The notes beneath the pieces were generated by a model. It did no database searches. It saw only the letters and a list, made by a program, of their open reading frames with translations, and was not told the DNA's origin. The translations under genes were made by a program, and so were the position numbers. Source: Armatimonadota bacterium (GTDB taxonomy: Bacteria; Sysuimicrobiota; Sysuimicrobiia; Sysuimicrobiales; Kaftiobacteriaceae). From it: a DNA stretch of 59,208 nucleotides. Of this stretch, positions 37,261 through 45,646 are shown in pieces; position 1 is the first letter of the stretch; every line of letters starts with the position of its first letter. The DNA lies in assembly GCA_020028455.1 (NCBI GenBank), contig JAHZOA010000001.1, forward strand, positions 1-59,208, written 5' to 3'.

Positions 37261-37644
37261 ATGGACGTGCTACGGCACGATCGAAGCAAGACCGGACTGC
37301 CCGATCGTCCTGAGTATTTCTCCGGCACGGTGCGGACGCAGAACTTGCGCCGGCCGTCAGCAGAGGGTGAGGCGGAACTGATCGCCGTGTTCTTTGACGC
37401 CGGTGCCCGGACGATTCCACATGCGCATGCAAATGACCAGGTGCTCTACTTTGTCGAGGGGGAAGGCATCGTCGCGACTGAACAAACGCGGCGAATCCTG
37501 CGTGTCGGTGAGATCGCCGTGATCCCGGGCGGGGTCTGGCACTGGCACGGCGCCACGAAAGCCACGCCGGCATGCCACATCTCCATCAAAGCCGTCGGTC
37601 CGACGAATTGGGACCTGCCGAAGAAGAACTGGAACGAGTACTGA
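37261..37644 (+). CDS. Cupin domain protein
   Basis: 127 aa with cupin motifs GARTIPHAHANDQVLYFVEGEG and WHWHGA. Confidence 0.75.
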   Translation: MDVLRHDRSKTGLPDRPEYFSGTVRTQNLRRPSAEGEAELIAVFFDAGARTIPHAHANDQVLYFVEGEGIVATEQTRRILRVGEIAVIPGGVWHWHGATKATPACHISIKAVGPTNWDLPKKNWNEY

Positions 37645-38550
37645 CTAGAGCGGCTCGAAGGATCGTGGCGGCAACGCAACGGTAGACGCTTGGGGGTGGA
37701 AAATGGTGGCCAGGATTTCAAGACCGGTGACAATCCTCGGTCCAGGCCGGTTGAAGTATGATGTCGCGTCCGTGAGGTACACCTGCTTGTCCTGGACTGC
37801 CGGCAGCCGGTGCCATTCTGGCCGATCAGTCAGCAGGTGAATTTCTTCGCGCGTGCGGGCAACATCAAACCCGCATGGCATGATGATGAGAGTCTCCGGC
37901 GCGGCGGCCACCACGTCCTCCCACGACGCCATGAATGAAGGTTCCCGTGTCTTGCCGAGCACGTCACGGCCTCCGGCAATAGCGACCATTTCCGGGACCC
38001 AGTGTCCCGCGACATAGAGCGGCTCCAGCCACTCGATGCACGCGACGCGTCGCTTCGGGAGGCCTGCGACGGAATCCCACACGCGATCGATCCGGTCACG
38101 CAGATCCCCCTCGATCGCGTCTGCGCGGGCGCGGTGTCCCGTGAGTTCTCCTACCAGCAGCAGGTTCTCGAGAATGTCGAGCAGGCCGAGCGGTTCCAGG
38201 GAGACGATCTTTGTCTCAGCATCCAGCACCTTCGCGGCCTGTTTGACGAGCGTATAGGACGGGGCGCACACCGAGCAGAGCTCTTGCGTCAGGATCAGTT
38301 CTGGTCGGAGCTCGGCGAGCTGCTCGGCGTCCAAGTGGTACACGCTGTTGCCGCGATGCACCGCGTGCCTGATGCGGGCCTCTATCTCGCCGCTCGGCAG
38401 TGTGGAGGTGACGATCGCCTGGCTGAGGACCGGCGTTCCGGCAATCTGCGGGGGATAATCGCAGTCGTGGGAGATTCCGACCAGATCCTCGGCAAGACCG
38501 AGGGCACACACCATCTCGGTCGCGCTGGGAAGCAGCGATGCGATACGCAT
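37645..38550 (-). CDS. BtuF-like periplasmic binding protein (cobalamin/siderophore-type ABC substrate-binding protein)
   Basis: 301 aa. N-terminal RIASLLPSATEMVCALGL...VGISHDCDYP is typical of class III binding proteins. No cognate permease or ATPase adjacent. Confidence 0.8.
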   Translation of the reverse strand: MRIASLLPSATEMVCALGLAEDLVGISHDCDYPPQIAGTPVLSQAIVTSTLPSGEIEARIRHAVHRGNSVYHLDAEQLAELRPELILTQELCSVCAPSYTLVKQAAKVLDAETKIVSLEPLGLLDILENLLLVGELTGHRARADAIEGDLRDRIDRVWDSVAGLPKRRVACIEWLEPLYVAGHWVPEMVAIAGGRDVLGKTREPSFMASWEDVVAAAPETLIIMPCGFDVARTREEIHLLTDRPEWHRLPAVQDKQVYLTDATSYFNRPGPRIVTGLEILATIFHPQASTVALPPRSFEPL

Positions 38551-38567
38551 GATATCTCCATATTAAC

Positions 38568-38593
38568 AGGGGCCTGCGTTTCCGCAGGCCCCC
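38568..38593 (-). terminator. GC-rich hairpin downstream of the DEAD-box helicase gene
   Basis: AGGGGCCTGCG-TTTC-CGCAGGCCCC(C)T, an 11-bp stem with no clear U-tract. Confidence 0.4.
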
Positions 38594-38612
38594 TGGGCGC
38601 GACGTGCGTTCG

Positions 38613-39749
38613 TTACGAGTAGAGATTCAGCGGATGGCGCTTGAGCGAAGAGCCCAAATTGCGCTTCAACTGATCGAAGATCTCGAGGTCGAATTGGCCC
38701 ACGAACGTGATCGCTGTGCCTGCCCGTCCCATGCGCGCGGTGCGGCCGACCCGGTGAATGTACGTCTCAACATCTTCAGGCATGTCGAAGTTGATGACGT
38801 GGGAAATCTCCGGCAGGTCGAGCCCGCGTGAAGCCAGGTTCGTCGCGATGAGAATCGGTGTGCGTTTCTCTTCAAACGCCCGCAGCGCCTGCAGGCGCGC
38901 CCCCTGGCGCATGCCGCCGTGCAGCACGCCGACGCGCCGGTCAGATCTCAGCGCCCTGGCCAGGCGGTCGGCCCGGTGCTTCGTGCGACGGAACACCAAC
39001 GCCGAATCAATCTCTTCCTTATTGAGCAGACTCCGGAGGGCTCTAACTTTGTCTTCTTCTGCGACCTCCAGATAGAACTGCTCGACCGTTTCAACTGTCG
39101 GCGTCGGTGTCGCGATGCGCACCCAGACCGGGTCGCGCATCTGCTGCTTCGCGATCGCGTGGATCGCGGTCGGCATCGTGGCGGAGAACAGCGCCGTCTG
39201 CCGGCTCGACGGGGTCTGGCTCAGGATGCGAGAGACATCTGGCAGAAAGCCCATATCCAGCATGCGATCCCCTTCATCCAGGATGACCATGGTTGCTCCG
39301 CCGAGCTTGACCGTGCCCCGCTGGACATGATCCAGCAGCCGGCCGGGAGTGGCCACGGCGATCTGCGGGTACCGGCGCAGTTCTGCGAACTGACGCTCGA
39401 TGGACTGCCCGCCGAACAGTGTGACCACCCTGAACCCAGACTCGCGACCTAGTGCGCGAATCTCGTCAGTGACCTGAATCGCCAGCTCGCGTGTGGGCAC
39501 GAGCACGAGACCCTGAAGGGTCCGGACGGTGGCATTGAGCCGTTCCACGAGGGGAATGGCAAACGCACCGGTCTTGCCGGATCCCGTCTGAGCCTGGCCC
39601 ACCACGTCTTTGCCAGAGATCATCACTGGGATGACGCGGGTCTGGATTGGTGTGGGTTGCGTCCACCCGAGCGCGCGGATTGCCCGCTTCGTCTCGGGGC
39701 GGAATGCGAGTCCACCAAACGTGGGCTCGACTTGTGTTGCTAATTGCAT
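38613..39749 (-). CDS. DEAD-box ATP-dependent RNA helicase (motif II reads DEGD)
   Basis: 378 aa with Q-motif region, AQTGSGKT, PTRELA, VILDEGDRMLDMGF, SAT and HRVGRTARMG. Confidence 0.9.
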   Translation of the reverse strand: MQLATQVEPTFGGLAFRPETKRAIRALGWTQPTPIQTRVIPVMISGKDVVGQAQTGSGKTGAFAIPLVERLNATVRTLQGLVLVPTRELAIQVTDEIRALGRESGFRVVTLFGGQSIERQFAELRRYPQIAVATPGRLLDHVQRGTVKLGGATMVILDEGDRMLDMGFLPDVSRILSQTPSSRQTALFSATMPTAIHAIAKQQMRDPVWVRIATPTPTVETVEQFYLEVAEEDKVRALRSLLNKEEIDSALVFRRTKHRADRLARALRSDRRVGVLHGGMRQGARLQALRAFEEKRTPILIATNLASRGLDLPEISHVINFDMPEDVETYIHRVGRTARMGRAGTAITFVGQFDLEIFDQLKRNLGSSLKRHPLNLYS

Positions 39750-39913
39750 ACAAATAGCCTCCTTCGAGTCCGGTTCAAACCGGACCGTGAGTTAGTTCCG
39801 GCATTTGCGTGTGTCTCGCCGCAACCAACCCACCACGAAGAAGGCTCGCGATACACAACGCGAGGGATGCCACGTCGGCATCCCTCGCAGAACGCTCTAT
39901 GACGGTTGTTTGG

Positions 39914-39942
39914 AGTATAGCAGAATTAGCCGCTTCAGTCAA
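39914..39942 (-). promoter_or_regulatory. Sigma70-type promoter for the DEAD-box helicase gene
   Basis: Minus strand has TTGACT (39942-39937), 17-nt spacer, TATACT (39919-39914). This predicts a 5' UTR of about 155 nt. Confidence 0.6.
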
Positions 39943-39959
39943 AACAGAGAGACACAGAC

Positions 39960-40370
39960 TCAGCGTCTGCCACGCCCGCCTCCGCCGCCACCACGTTTGC
40001 CGCCTCGACCGCCACCACCGTAGCCACCACCGCCACCATAGCCACCGCCGTTACGTCCACCACCACCACCGCCGCCGCCGTAACCACCCTTGCCGTAGCC
40101 ACCGCCGCCCCGGTCACCGCCGCGGCCACCACCTCGATCGTCTCGAGGCCTCGCCTCGTTGACCATCAGCGTCCGGCCCTTGTGCTCCTTACCGTTCATC
40201 GCTTGGATGGCTTCCGCGGCCTTCTCCTCCGGTACGTCCACGAACCCGAATCCTCGATCCGCAATGAGCCGTGTCTGCGCCACGGGTCCCCAGGCTTGAA
40301 ATAGATCGCGGAGCTCCTGCTCCGTGACGTCGTACGACAAGTTGCCAACGTAGAGACTCTTGGTACCCAT
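39960..40370 (-). CDS. Glycine/arginine-rich RNA-binding protein (RRM)
   Basis: 136 aa with RNP2 LYVGNL and RNP1 RGFGFVDV. The C-terminal 50 aa is almost pure G/R/Y. Confidence 0.9.
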   Translation of the reverse strand: MGTKSLYVGNLSYDVTEQELRDLFQAWGPVAQTRLIADRGFGFVDVPEEKAAEAIQAMNGKEHKGRTLMVNEARPRDDRGGGRGGDRGGGGYGKGGYGGGGGGGGRNGGGYGGGGGYGGGGRGGKRGGGGGGRGRR

Positions 40371-40425
40371 CAGCTCACTCCTGTCTTTGAGGGATCTGCA
40401 TCAACGGCTATCATAATGGCGATCC

Positions 40426-41100
40426 TCAGGATGTGACATTGGCTCGCTTCTGCAGCGAGTGTAACAGTCTCGCTGCCCGCGGCATCGATGGCGAGGGATT
40501 GCGATACGCGTAATGGATGAGGCGTCTTGCGCGAGCGCCACGATACGTAAGCATGTACCGTCCCTTGGGGCGTCGAGTCATGGTGCCGGCGGGGAGGTCG
40601 GCGTACCGAGACAATGCATCGCTCAGCCGGAAGAGGAATCCCTCGGTTCCAATCAGCGCCAAGGTTCGGACAGATGCGAGGATTGTCGGCGTGACTCTGC
40701 CCCCGAAGGGAGGCGTTTGATGCCCGCCTTCGAGGTAGCCTCGGACGAAATGCGGCAATAGGGAGCTTGGGATCAACGCGATCGAGGCCGAGCCGTCTTC
40801 TTCACCGGCCCCCGGCGCCCCCCACTGAACGAGGAATTTGCCAAACTCGCGATCCCGGATGTAACCTTGGAGCCCGTTTAGGTTGCTGCGGCACAGCTCC
40901 CAGTGAAGCCGACAGTCAAGGAACTCTTCGCCAATCCGGTGCACATGGTCGAGATCTCGCGGATCGATGTCGAGCACGAGGGCAGGGACTGATCGCTGCG
41001 CGTAGACACGGCCCGAGGCAGAAATGTAACCCAGCCAGTACAGCTGGGCCGCGCTTGGCCGCTCCAGAAACGTGGAAGCAGGTTGAGAAGGGAGACTCAT
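40426..41100 (-). CDS. Hypothetical protein with degenerate double LAGLIDADG-like layout
   Basis: 224 aa with LYWLGYISASGRV (motif 1 position) and IPSSLLPHFVRGYLEGGH (motif 2 position). The acidic catalytic residues are absent. Confidence 0.4.
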   Translation of the reverse strand: MSLPSQPASTFLERPSAAQLYWLGYISASGRVYAQRSVPALVLDIDPRDLDHVHRIGEEFLDCRLHWELCRSNLNGLQGYIRDREFGKFLVQWGAPGAGEEDGSASIALIPSSLLPHFVRGYLEGGHQTPPFGGRVTPTILASVRTLALIGTEGFLFRLSDALSRYADLPAGTMTRRPKGRYMLTYRGARARRLIHYAYRNPSPSMPRAARLLHSLQKRANVTS

Positions 41101-41130
41101 CCATTAATTCTATCATAGTCCTCCGCGGAC

Positions 41131-42267
41131 TCATACTGGCGATGCGAAACGGGCCAGGCTGAAGAGATCGATGTCATGTCGTGTGTGATCATATTCAGCC
41201 AGCTCTGCAAGAATTTCTCCGACCACAGACGAGAACTTGAACCCGTGGCCGGAGAAACCGCAGGCAATCGTCACGGCAGAGTGGTCCGGATGACGGTCGA
41301 TGATAAAGTGATAGTCGGGCGTGTTGGTGTACATGCAGGTGGCCGTGTGCAGCAGTTCACCATTTGCGTCGGGAATGTGGCGCGCCAGCAGGGCGCGAAT
41401 TCGCTGGATCTCGTCCTCGCTTACCTCCCGTTTGATCGTCTCCGGAGTGCACAGATCGCCGCTGTGATGGTGAGCGATCTTGACGCCTTCTCCGCGGAGG
41501 GCTGGAAAGCCATAGAAGAATCGGCCCTGCGTGTACTCGTAGATGTAGATCGGGAAACGGTCCGGCGTAAATAGCCCGTCCTGACGGGGCCGGAACCAGT
41601 ACATGACGTTGCGCTCGACCTCCAGCGGTACCCCCCGCTGTTGCAACATCTGGCCGGCCCAGGGGCCGGCGGTAATGATCAAATGGCCTGCGGTATAGGT
41701 GCCGCGGGACGTGGTCACCTCCACGCCGTCGCCGAGAACCCGCCATCGCTGCACAGGTTCTTCAAAGTGCAAGATTGCGCCGGCCCGCGCTGCTTGTGTG
41801 AGATGCGCGCGGATGCAGTCCTCGGGGAACAGGGCACCGGCGCGCCGCTCCCACACGGCTACCGTCGACTCGTCTGTGGCGAATTGCGGAAAGCGGTGTT
41901 TCAGGTCCGCACTGGACAGGAGTTCGTAAGGCAGATGGTGCTGCCGTGCGCTCGCGAGCGTGCCTTGGACCAACTCACCGCCATCCGGGCCGATCATCAA
42001 TCCGCCCGTCAAAACAAGAAGACGAGAGCCGGCCTGTTGCTGGAGCGCATCCCATAGCTCGTATGCCCGCTGGAGCAGCGGCACGTAGCGGGGGTCTTCG
42101 AAGTACGCTTCCCGGATGATGCGGGAGTGCCCGTGAGAGGCGCCACGGTCATGGGCCGGCGTAAATTGCTCGAGGCCGAGGACCCGGCGTCCCCGCCGCG
42201 CGAGGTGATAGGCAGTCGCGCTGCCCATTGCGCCGAGTCCAAGAACGACTACGTCGAACTGTGCCAT
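41131..42267 (-). CDS. FAD-dependent monomeric sarcosine / N-methyl-L-tryptophan oxidase family protein
   Basis: 378 aa with FDVVVLGLGAMGSATAYHLARRG dinucleotide fold, SHGHSRIIREAY, and C-terminal GFSGHGFKF. Confidence 0.85.
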   Translation of the reverse strand: MAQFDVVVLGLGAMGSATAYHLARRGRRVLGLEQFTPAHDRGASHGHSRIIREAYFEDPRYVPLLQRAYELWDALQQQAGSRLLVLTGGLMIGPDGGELVQGTLASARQHHLPYELLSSADLKHRFPQFATDESTVAVWERRAGALFPEDCIRAHLTQAARAGAILHFEEPVQRWRVLGDGVEVTTSRGTYTAGHLIITAGPWAGQMLQQRGVPLEVERNVMYWFRPRQDGLFTPDRFPIYIYEYTQGRFFYGFPALRGEGVKIAHHHSGDLCTPETIKREVSEDEIQRIRALLARHIPDANGELLHTATCMYTNTPDYHFIIDRHPDHSAVTIACGFSGHGFKFSSVVGEILAELAEYDHTRHDIDLFSLARFASPV

Positions 42268-42327
42268 CGGGCTCCACCTGCGGATTCGATTCGCTTCACG
42301 ACGGTTCCTGGGATATCATAGACTGCA

Positions 42328-44580
42328 ATGGCACAGACAAAGATGGCGAACCGCCAGCCCGCACGTCGGCCCGCGTCTGGAAAACTTCGCACGATTCTCG
42401 AGGATGTCGGCACACCGCCCGCAGCGGCGTTCGTCCCTGCGCCATTCCAGGAGGCGGCGCTCGTGGCCGTACGCACGGGTGATGTGTTGGTGTCCGCGCC
42501 CACGGGAAGCGGGAAGACGTGGATCGCCGAGCAGGCGATGTCTGAACTGCTTGCGGCCGGCGGCACGGCCTGGTACACCACGCCGCTGAAGGCCCTCTCG
42601 AACCAGAAGTATCATCGCTTTTCCGGGATCTACGGCGTCGAATCAGTCGGACTCTTGACCGGTGAACGGAAGATCAACGGCCAGGCCCCGATCGTCGTGG
42701 CCACGACAGAGATTCTGCGCAATGCCCTCTACGGAGACGCGATGACGCCGAACCTCATCGTGCTCGATGAGGCGCATTACCTGTCAGACCCGGAGCGCGG
42801 AACGGCGTGGGAAGAGATCTTACTGCTTGCACCTGCGCGCTCCCGCCTGCTGCTATTGTCCGCCACCTTCCCGAATGCCAATTCTGTCGCGGCATGGCTG
42901 GAAGAGGTCCGTGGCACCAAGCCGCAGATCATTGCCGAGCACACGCGTCCGGTCCCGCTGCGCTACATCATGTCCGACGCGCGCGGCCGGCTGATTCCCC
43001 CCGATGCGGTTGGCCATCTGCAGTCAGGCAATCGTGCGTCGTCCTGGCTCCCCAATCTCATGCGTGATCTCGAGCATTACAGTCTCCTGCCGGTGATCCT
43101 GTTCTTCCCGGCGCGAAGGCAATGCGATGAAGCCGCTCGCGACCTCGCATCGCTCCGCGCATTCGGTCCCGAACTTCGGGCCGCGGCGCTCGGGCGATGG
43201 GAGCGGGAGTTTCCGTACCTGAAACAGCATGCGTTTCGCACCGCGTTGATCGATTCGGGGGTTGCGCCACATCACGCCGGGCATACCACCGCGTGGCGGC
43301 TCGCGATCGAAGACCTGCTGGGCCGAGGCCTTGTGCGCGCGGTGTGCGCGACGACGACGCTGGCCAGCGGGCTGGACGTGCCGGCGCGGACGGTCGCACT
43401 CTCGATGCTTGTGCGGAACAGTCCCGAGGGTCCGGTGGTGCTCACGGCAACGGAGTTCCACCAGATGAGTGGGCGCGCGGGCCGGCGCGGAAAAGATACG
43501 ATCGGCATCGTCGTGCTGCCGGCCGCCTCGCGCGAGGAAGCCCGCGAGGGGCTGGCGCTGATCGACGCGGAACCGGATCCCGTCACCTCGTCGTTCACAC
43601 CGGGCTACGTGCAGGTCCTTAACCTCCTCAGACGCAGCACGCTCCAGGACGCCCTGCGCGAACTCAACCGATCGCTCGCGGCTTTCGAGCGGCGTGCCGA
43701 GGTCATGCGGCTGCGCGACGCCATCGCGTCGATTCCACCCGATGAACTTGTCGAACGGCCCTGTGATGACCGGCTGTTCACGCGCGGCAGGTACGAGCGC
43801 ATGCTCGACCGGCTGCGCCGGCTGCAAAAGCAGGGGCGCTCCTCAGACGTAGAGGTAGCGGCGCTGAAGGAAGAGATTGAGGCGTGGCCCTGTACCACGT
43901 GTCCGGTCGAAGATCGGTGTCTGGCGACGATCGAAGACCTGCGCGCTCGAGAGCATCGTCGCTCCTCTCTCCGGCAGGCGCTCCATAAGATTGAAGGAGC
44001 CCTCACCGACGAGTTCAATCGACGCGCGTCGGTGCTCAAACGACTGGGATATCTGGATGAGTCGTATCGACTCACCGCTGAGGGAATGTGGGCGGCAGAG
44101 CTGCGGCATCCTCGAGCGCTGGTCCTCTCCGAGATCGTGCGGCGGAGCATGGTCGGCGGCTCGACGGCAGCCTGGGCGGCCGTCGCTGGGGCGCTTGGCA
44201 CGGAGCGCGCGCCTTATCGAGGCGGAGAAGCCGGGCTTAGTGCGATAGGAAGGCTTGTTCGAGAGCTCGCGGATCTCGAACGCCAGCACGCGCTTGATCC
44301 CGGCGAGGCGTTGAAGCAGTTCGAGCCGGAGTGGGATCCTGCGTCCCGTCGCCGTATCCCGTCACCTGCGGACCGGCGCGCGGATGCCGTTGTGGCTTGG
44401 ATGCGCGGCGCCGACTGGAGCACACTTCTGAAAGAGAGTCAGTCTGAGGAAGGCGATCTCCAGCGGATCATGTTGCAGGCGGCCGAGGTGTTGATGCAGT
44501 TGGAGGGCCTGCCGTTCCCCGACGTCCGCGCCGCAGCGCGCGATGCGAGACTGCGCCTGTTGAGGGCGCCGGTCATCTAA
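42328..44580 (+). CDS. Ski2/HelY-like superfamily 2 DExH helicase
   Basis: 750 aa with SAPTGSGKTW, LDEAHYL, SAT, QMSGRAGRRG, and a C-terminal DSHCT-like helical region. Confidence 0.85.
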   Translation: MAQTKMANRQPARRPASGKLRTILEDVGTPPAAAFVPAPFQEAALVAVRTGDVLVSAPTGSGKTWIAEQAMSELLAAGGTAWYTTPLKALSNQKYHRFSGIYGVESVGLLTGERKINGQAPIVVATTEILRNALYGDAMTPNLIVLDEAHYLSDPERGTAWEEILLLAPARSRLLLLSATFPNANSVAAWLEEVRGTKPQIIAEHTRPVPLRYIMSDARGRLIPPDAVGHLQSGNRASSWLPNLMRDLEHYSLLPVILFFPARRQCDEAARDLASLRAFGPELRAAALGRWEREFPYLKQHAFRTALIDSGVAPHHAGHTTAWRLAIEDLLGRGLVRAVCATTTLASGLDVPARTVALSMLVRNSPEGPVVLTATEFHQMSGRAGRRGKDTIGIVVLPAASREEAREGLALIDAEPDPVTSSFTPGYVQVLNLLRRSTLQDALRELNRSLAAFERRAEVMRLRDAIASIPPDELVERPCDDRLFTRGRYERMLDRLRRLQKQGRSSDVEVAALKEEIEAWPCTTCPVEDRCLATIEDLRAREHRRSSLRQALHKIEGALTDEFNRRASVLKRLGYLDESYRLTAEGMWAAELRHPRALVLSEIVRRSMVGGSTAAWAAVAGALGTERAPYRGGEAGLSAIGRLVRELADLERQHALDPGEALKQFEPEWDPASRRRIPSPADRRADAVVAWMRGADWSTLLKESQSEEGDLQRIMLQAAEVLMQLEGLPFPDVRAAARDARLRLLRAPVI

Positions 44581-44598
44581 GACGAAACTGCGGGAGAA

Positions 44599-44668
44599 GG
44601 GGATCAGGGGATAAAGGGATAACGAGAACAGCCGTTACCGTATCCCCTTATCCCTTATCCCATATCCC
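44599..44668. repeat. Inverted array of GGGATA hexamers (3 forward, 4 reverse)
   Basis: GGGGATC, GGGGATA, GGGATA at 44599-44621. TATCCCC, TATCCC, TATCCC, TATCCC at 44641-44668. Confidence 0.85.
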
Positions 44669-44683
44669 GTAGTTGAGGGTCGT

Positions 44684-45424
44684 GTGCGTTCCTGTCCCGT
44701 TTGTGAGAGTGAGATGTCTCCCCGCTTCGCCAGTGAGTGCGAGCCGCCGGTGGCGTGGGCGTGTCCGAATTGCGGATTGCTGCAACTCGAAAGCGGCGGA
44801 CGCCCGTTTACGACCGAGGAGCAGATGGCGATCCATGCGATGGCGCCAGTCGTTCCTGCCGGCCGTCACGCGCGAGGGGCGCGCCCCTCCGATGCGGCAG
44901 CACAGGCACGTGAGGTTCTCGAAGCGTTCGGAATGGAGATTCCGGTTGACGTAGAGGCAATCGCCGAACGGCTGGGTTATCCCGTCCGCTGGCGCGCGAT
45001 GCCCGAAGGGTATCGCGGAGGGATCGAGGGCGATGCCGGTCACCGCGTCCTCGTGTTGAATCGCGATCATCCCTACCGGTCCGATGCGGAGCGCCGTTGG
45101 GTGCTGGCGGAAGAACTCGCTCACGCCGTTCTGGGACACACGACGCTGGCGGCCAGCGAGAGCGCCTCCCGCGAACCCAAGATGATGGAAGACTCTCGGC
45201 GAGCTAGCGAGATCGACGCCCGGTCATTTGCCGCCGAGCTCCTGATGCCGGCAGCTGAGGTGCGCCGCACCTATGCCCGTGAACAAAGCATCATCCTTCG
45301 CGCCTTGGGCAGTGAGGAGCGGGCGCAGGCGGTCAAGACCGTGGTGGCGGACCTCGCCCGCGAGTTCCGGGTCTCCCAGCAGGCCATGCGAATCCGGCTT
45401 GGCCAGCTCGGCCTTATCATTTAA
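44684..45424 (+). CDS. ImmA/IrrE-family protein with N-terminal zinc ribbon (variant metal motif)
   Basis: 246 aa, GTG start 5 nt after GAGGG. CPVCES...CPNCG ribbon. Family hallmark ARSFAAELLMPAAEV. The HEXXH position reads EELAH. Confidence 0.75.
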   Translation: MRSCPVCESEMSPRFASECEPPVAWACPNCGLLQLESGGRPFTTEEQMAIHAMAPVVPAGRHARGARPSDAAAQAREVLEAFGMEIPVDVEAIAERLGYPVRWRAMPEGYRGGIEGDAGHRVLVLNRDHPYRSDAERRWVLAEELAHAVLGHTTLAASESASREPKMMEDSRRASEIDARSFAAELLMPAAEVRRTYAREQSIILRALGSEERAQAVKTVVADLAREFRVSQQAMRIRLGQLGLII

Positions 45425-45428
45425 CGGG

Positions 45429-45456
45429 TTGACATTCGGCTTCGCCGCGATATCCT
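45429..45456 (+). promoter_or_regulatory. Sigma70-type promoter
   Basis: TTGACA (45429-45434), 16-nt spacer, TATCCT (45451-45456). Confidence 0.55.
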
Positions 45457-45462
45457 AGATTC

Positions 45463-45646
45463 GTTTGGAAAGCAGGGGTGTCCAATGGTGATTAGGGTCA
45501 GCATCGTTCTTGAGACGGCATCCGGTCCGCTTGCGGACCGGCCCTGTTCCCGTGGACGCCGGATGAAGGAGGGCACTGCCGGGTAGGCGCTGCCTGATCG
45601 CACGACGACGTGGGCGCAGGGGAATCGGACCTGCGCTTTTTTGTTT
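45463..45646 (+). ncRNA. Unassigned about 180-nt structured RNA (candidate riboswitch/attenuator leader or sRNA)
   Basis: Bounded by the promoter above and an intrinsic terminator (GCGCAGG-9 nt-CCTGCGC at 45614-45636, then TTTTTTGTTT). Internal 8-bp hairpin with CUUG loop at 45522-45541. Only a 33-codon ORF inside. Confidence 0.45.

Noticed and set aside
37645-38612. A possible cobalamin riboswitch upstream of the BtuF-like binding protein.
   Set aside because: Only about 60 nt separate it from the upstream gene, which is far too short. The region contains just one GC hairpin that fits better as the helicase gene's 3' hairpin.
39963-40140. Tandem GGN/CCN repeats that look like a simple-sequence or spacer-repeat array.
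   Set aside because: They are in frame and encode the Gly/Arg/Tyr-rich tail of the RRM protein. The periodicity is 3 nt and there are no unique spacers, so this is not a CRISPR or VNTR locus.
45463-45646. The orphan RNA as 6S RNA, SRP (4.5S) RNA or a leader-peptide attenuator.
   Set aside because: No extended 5'/3' closing helix or central bubble arrangement typical of 6S could be drawn. There is no GGAA-capped domain IV with the AGGUCAGGUCC...GGAAGCAGCC motifs of SRP RNA. The 33-codon ORF has no run of a regulatory amino acid. The assignment is left open rather than forced.
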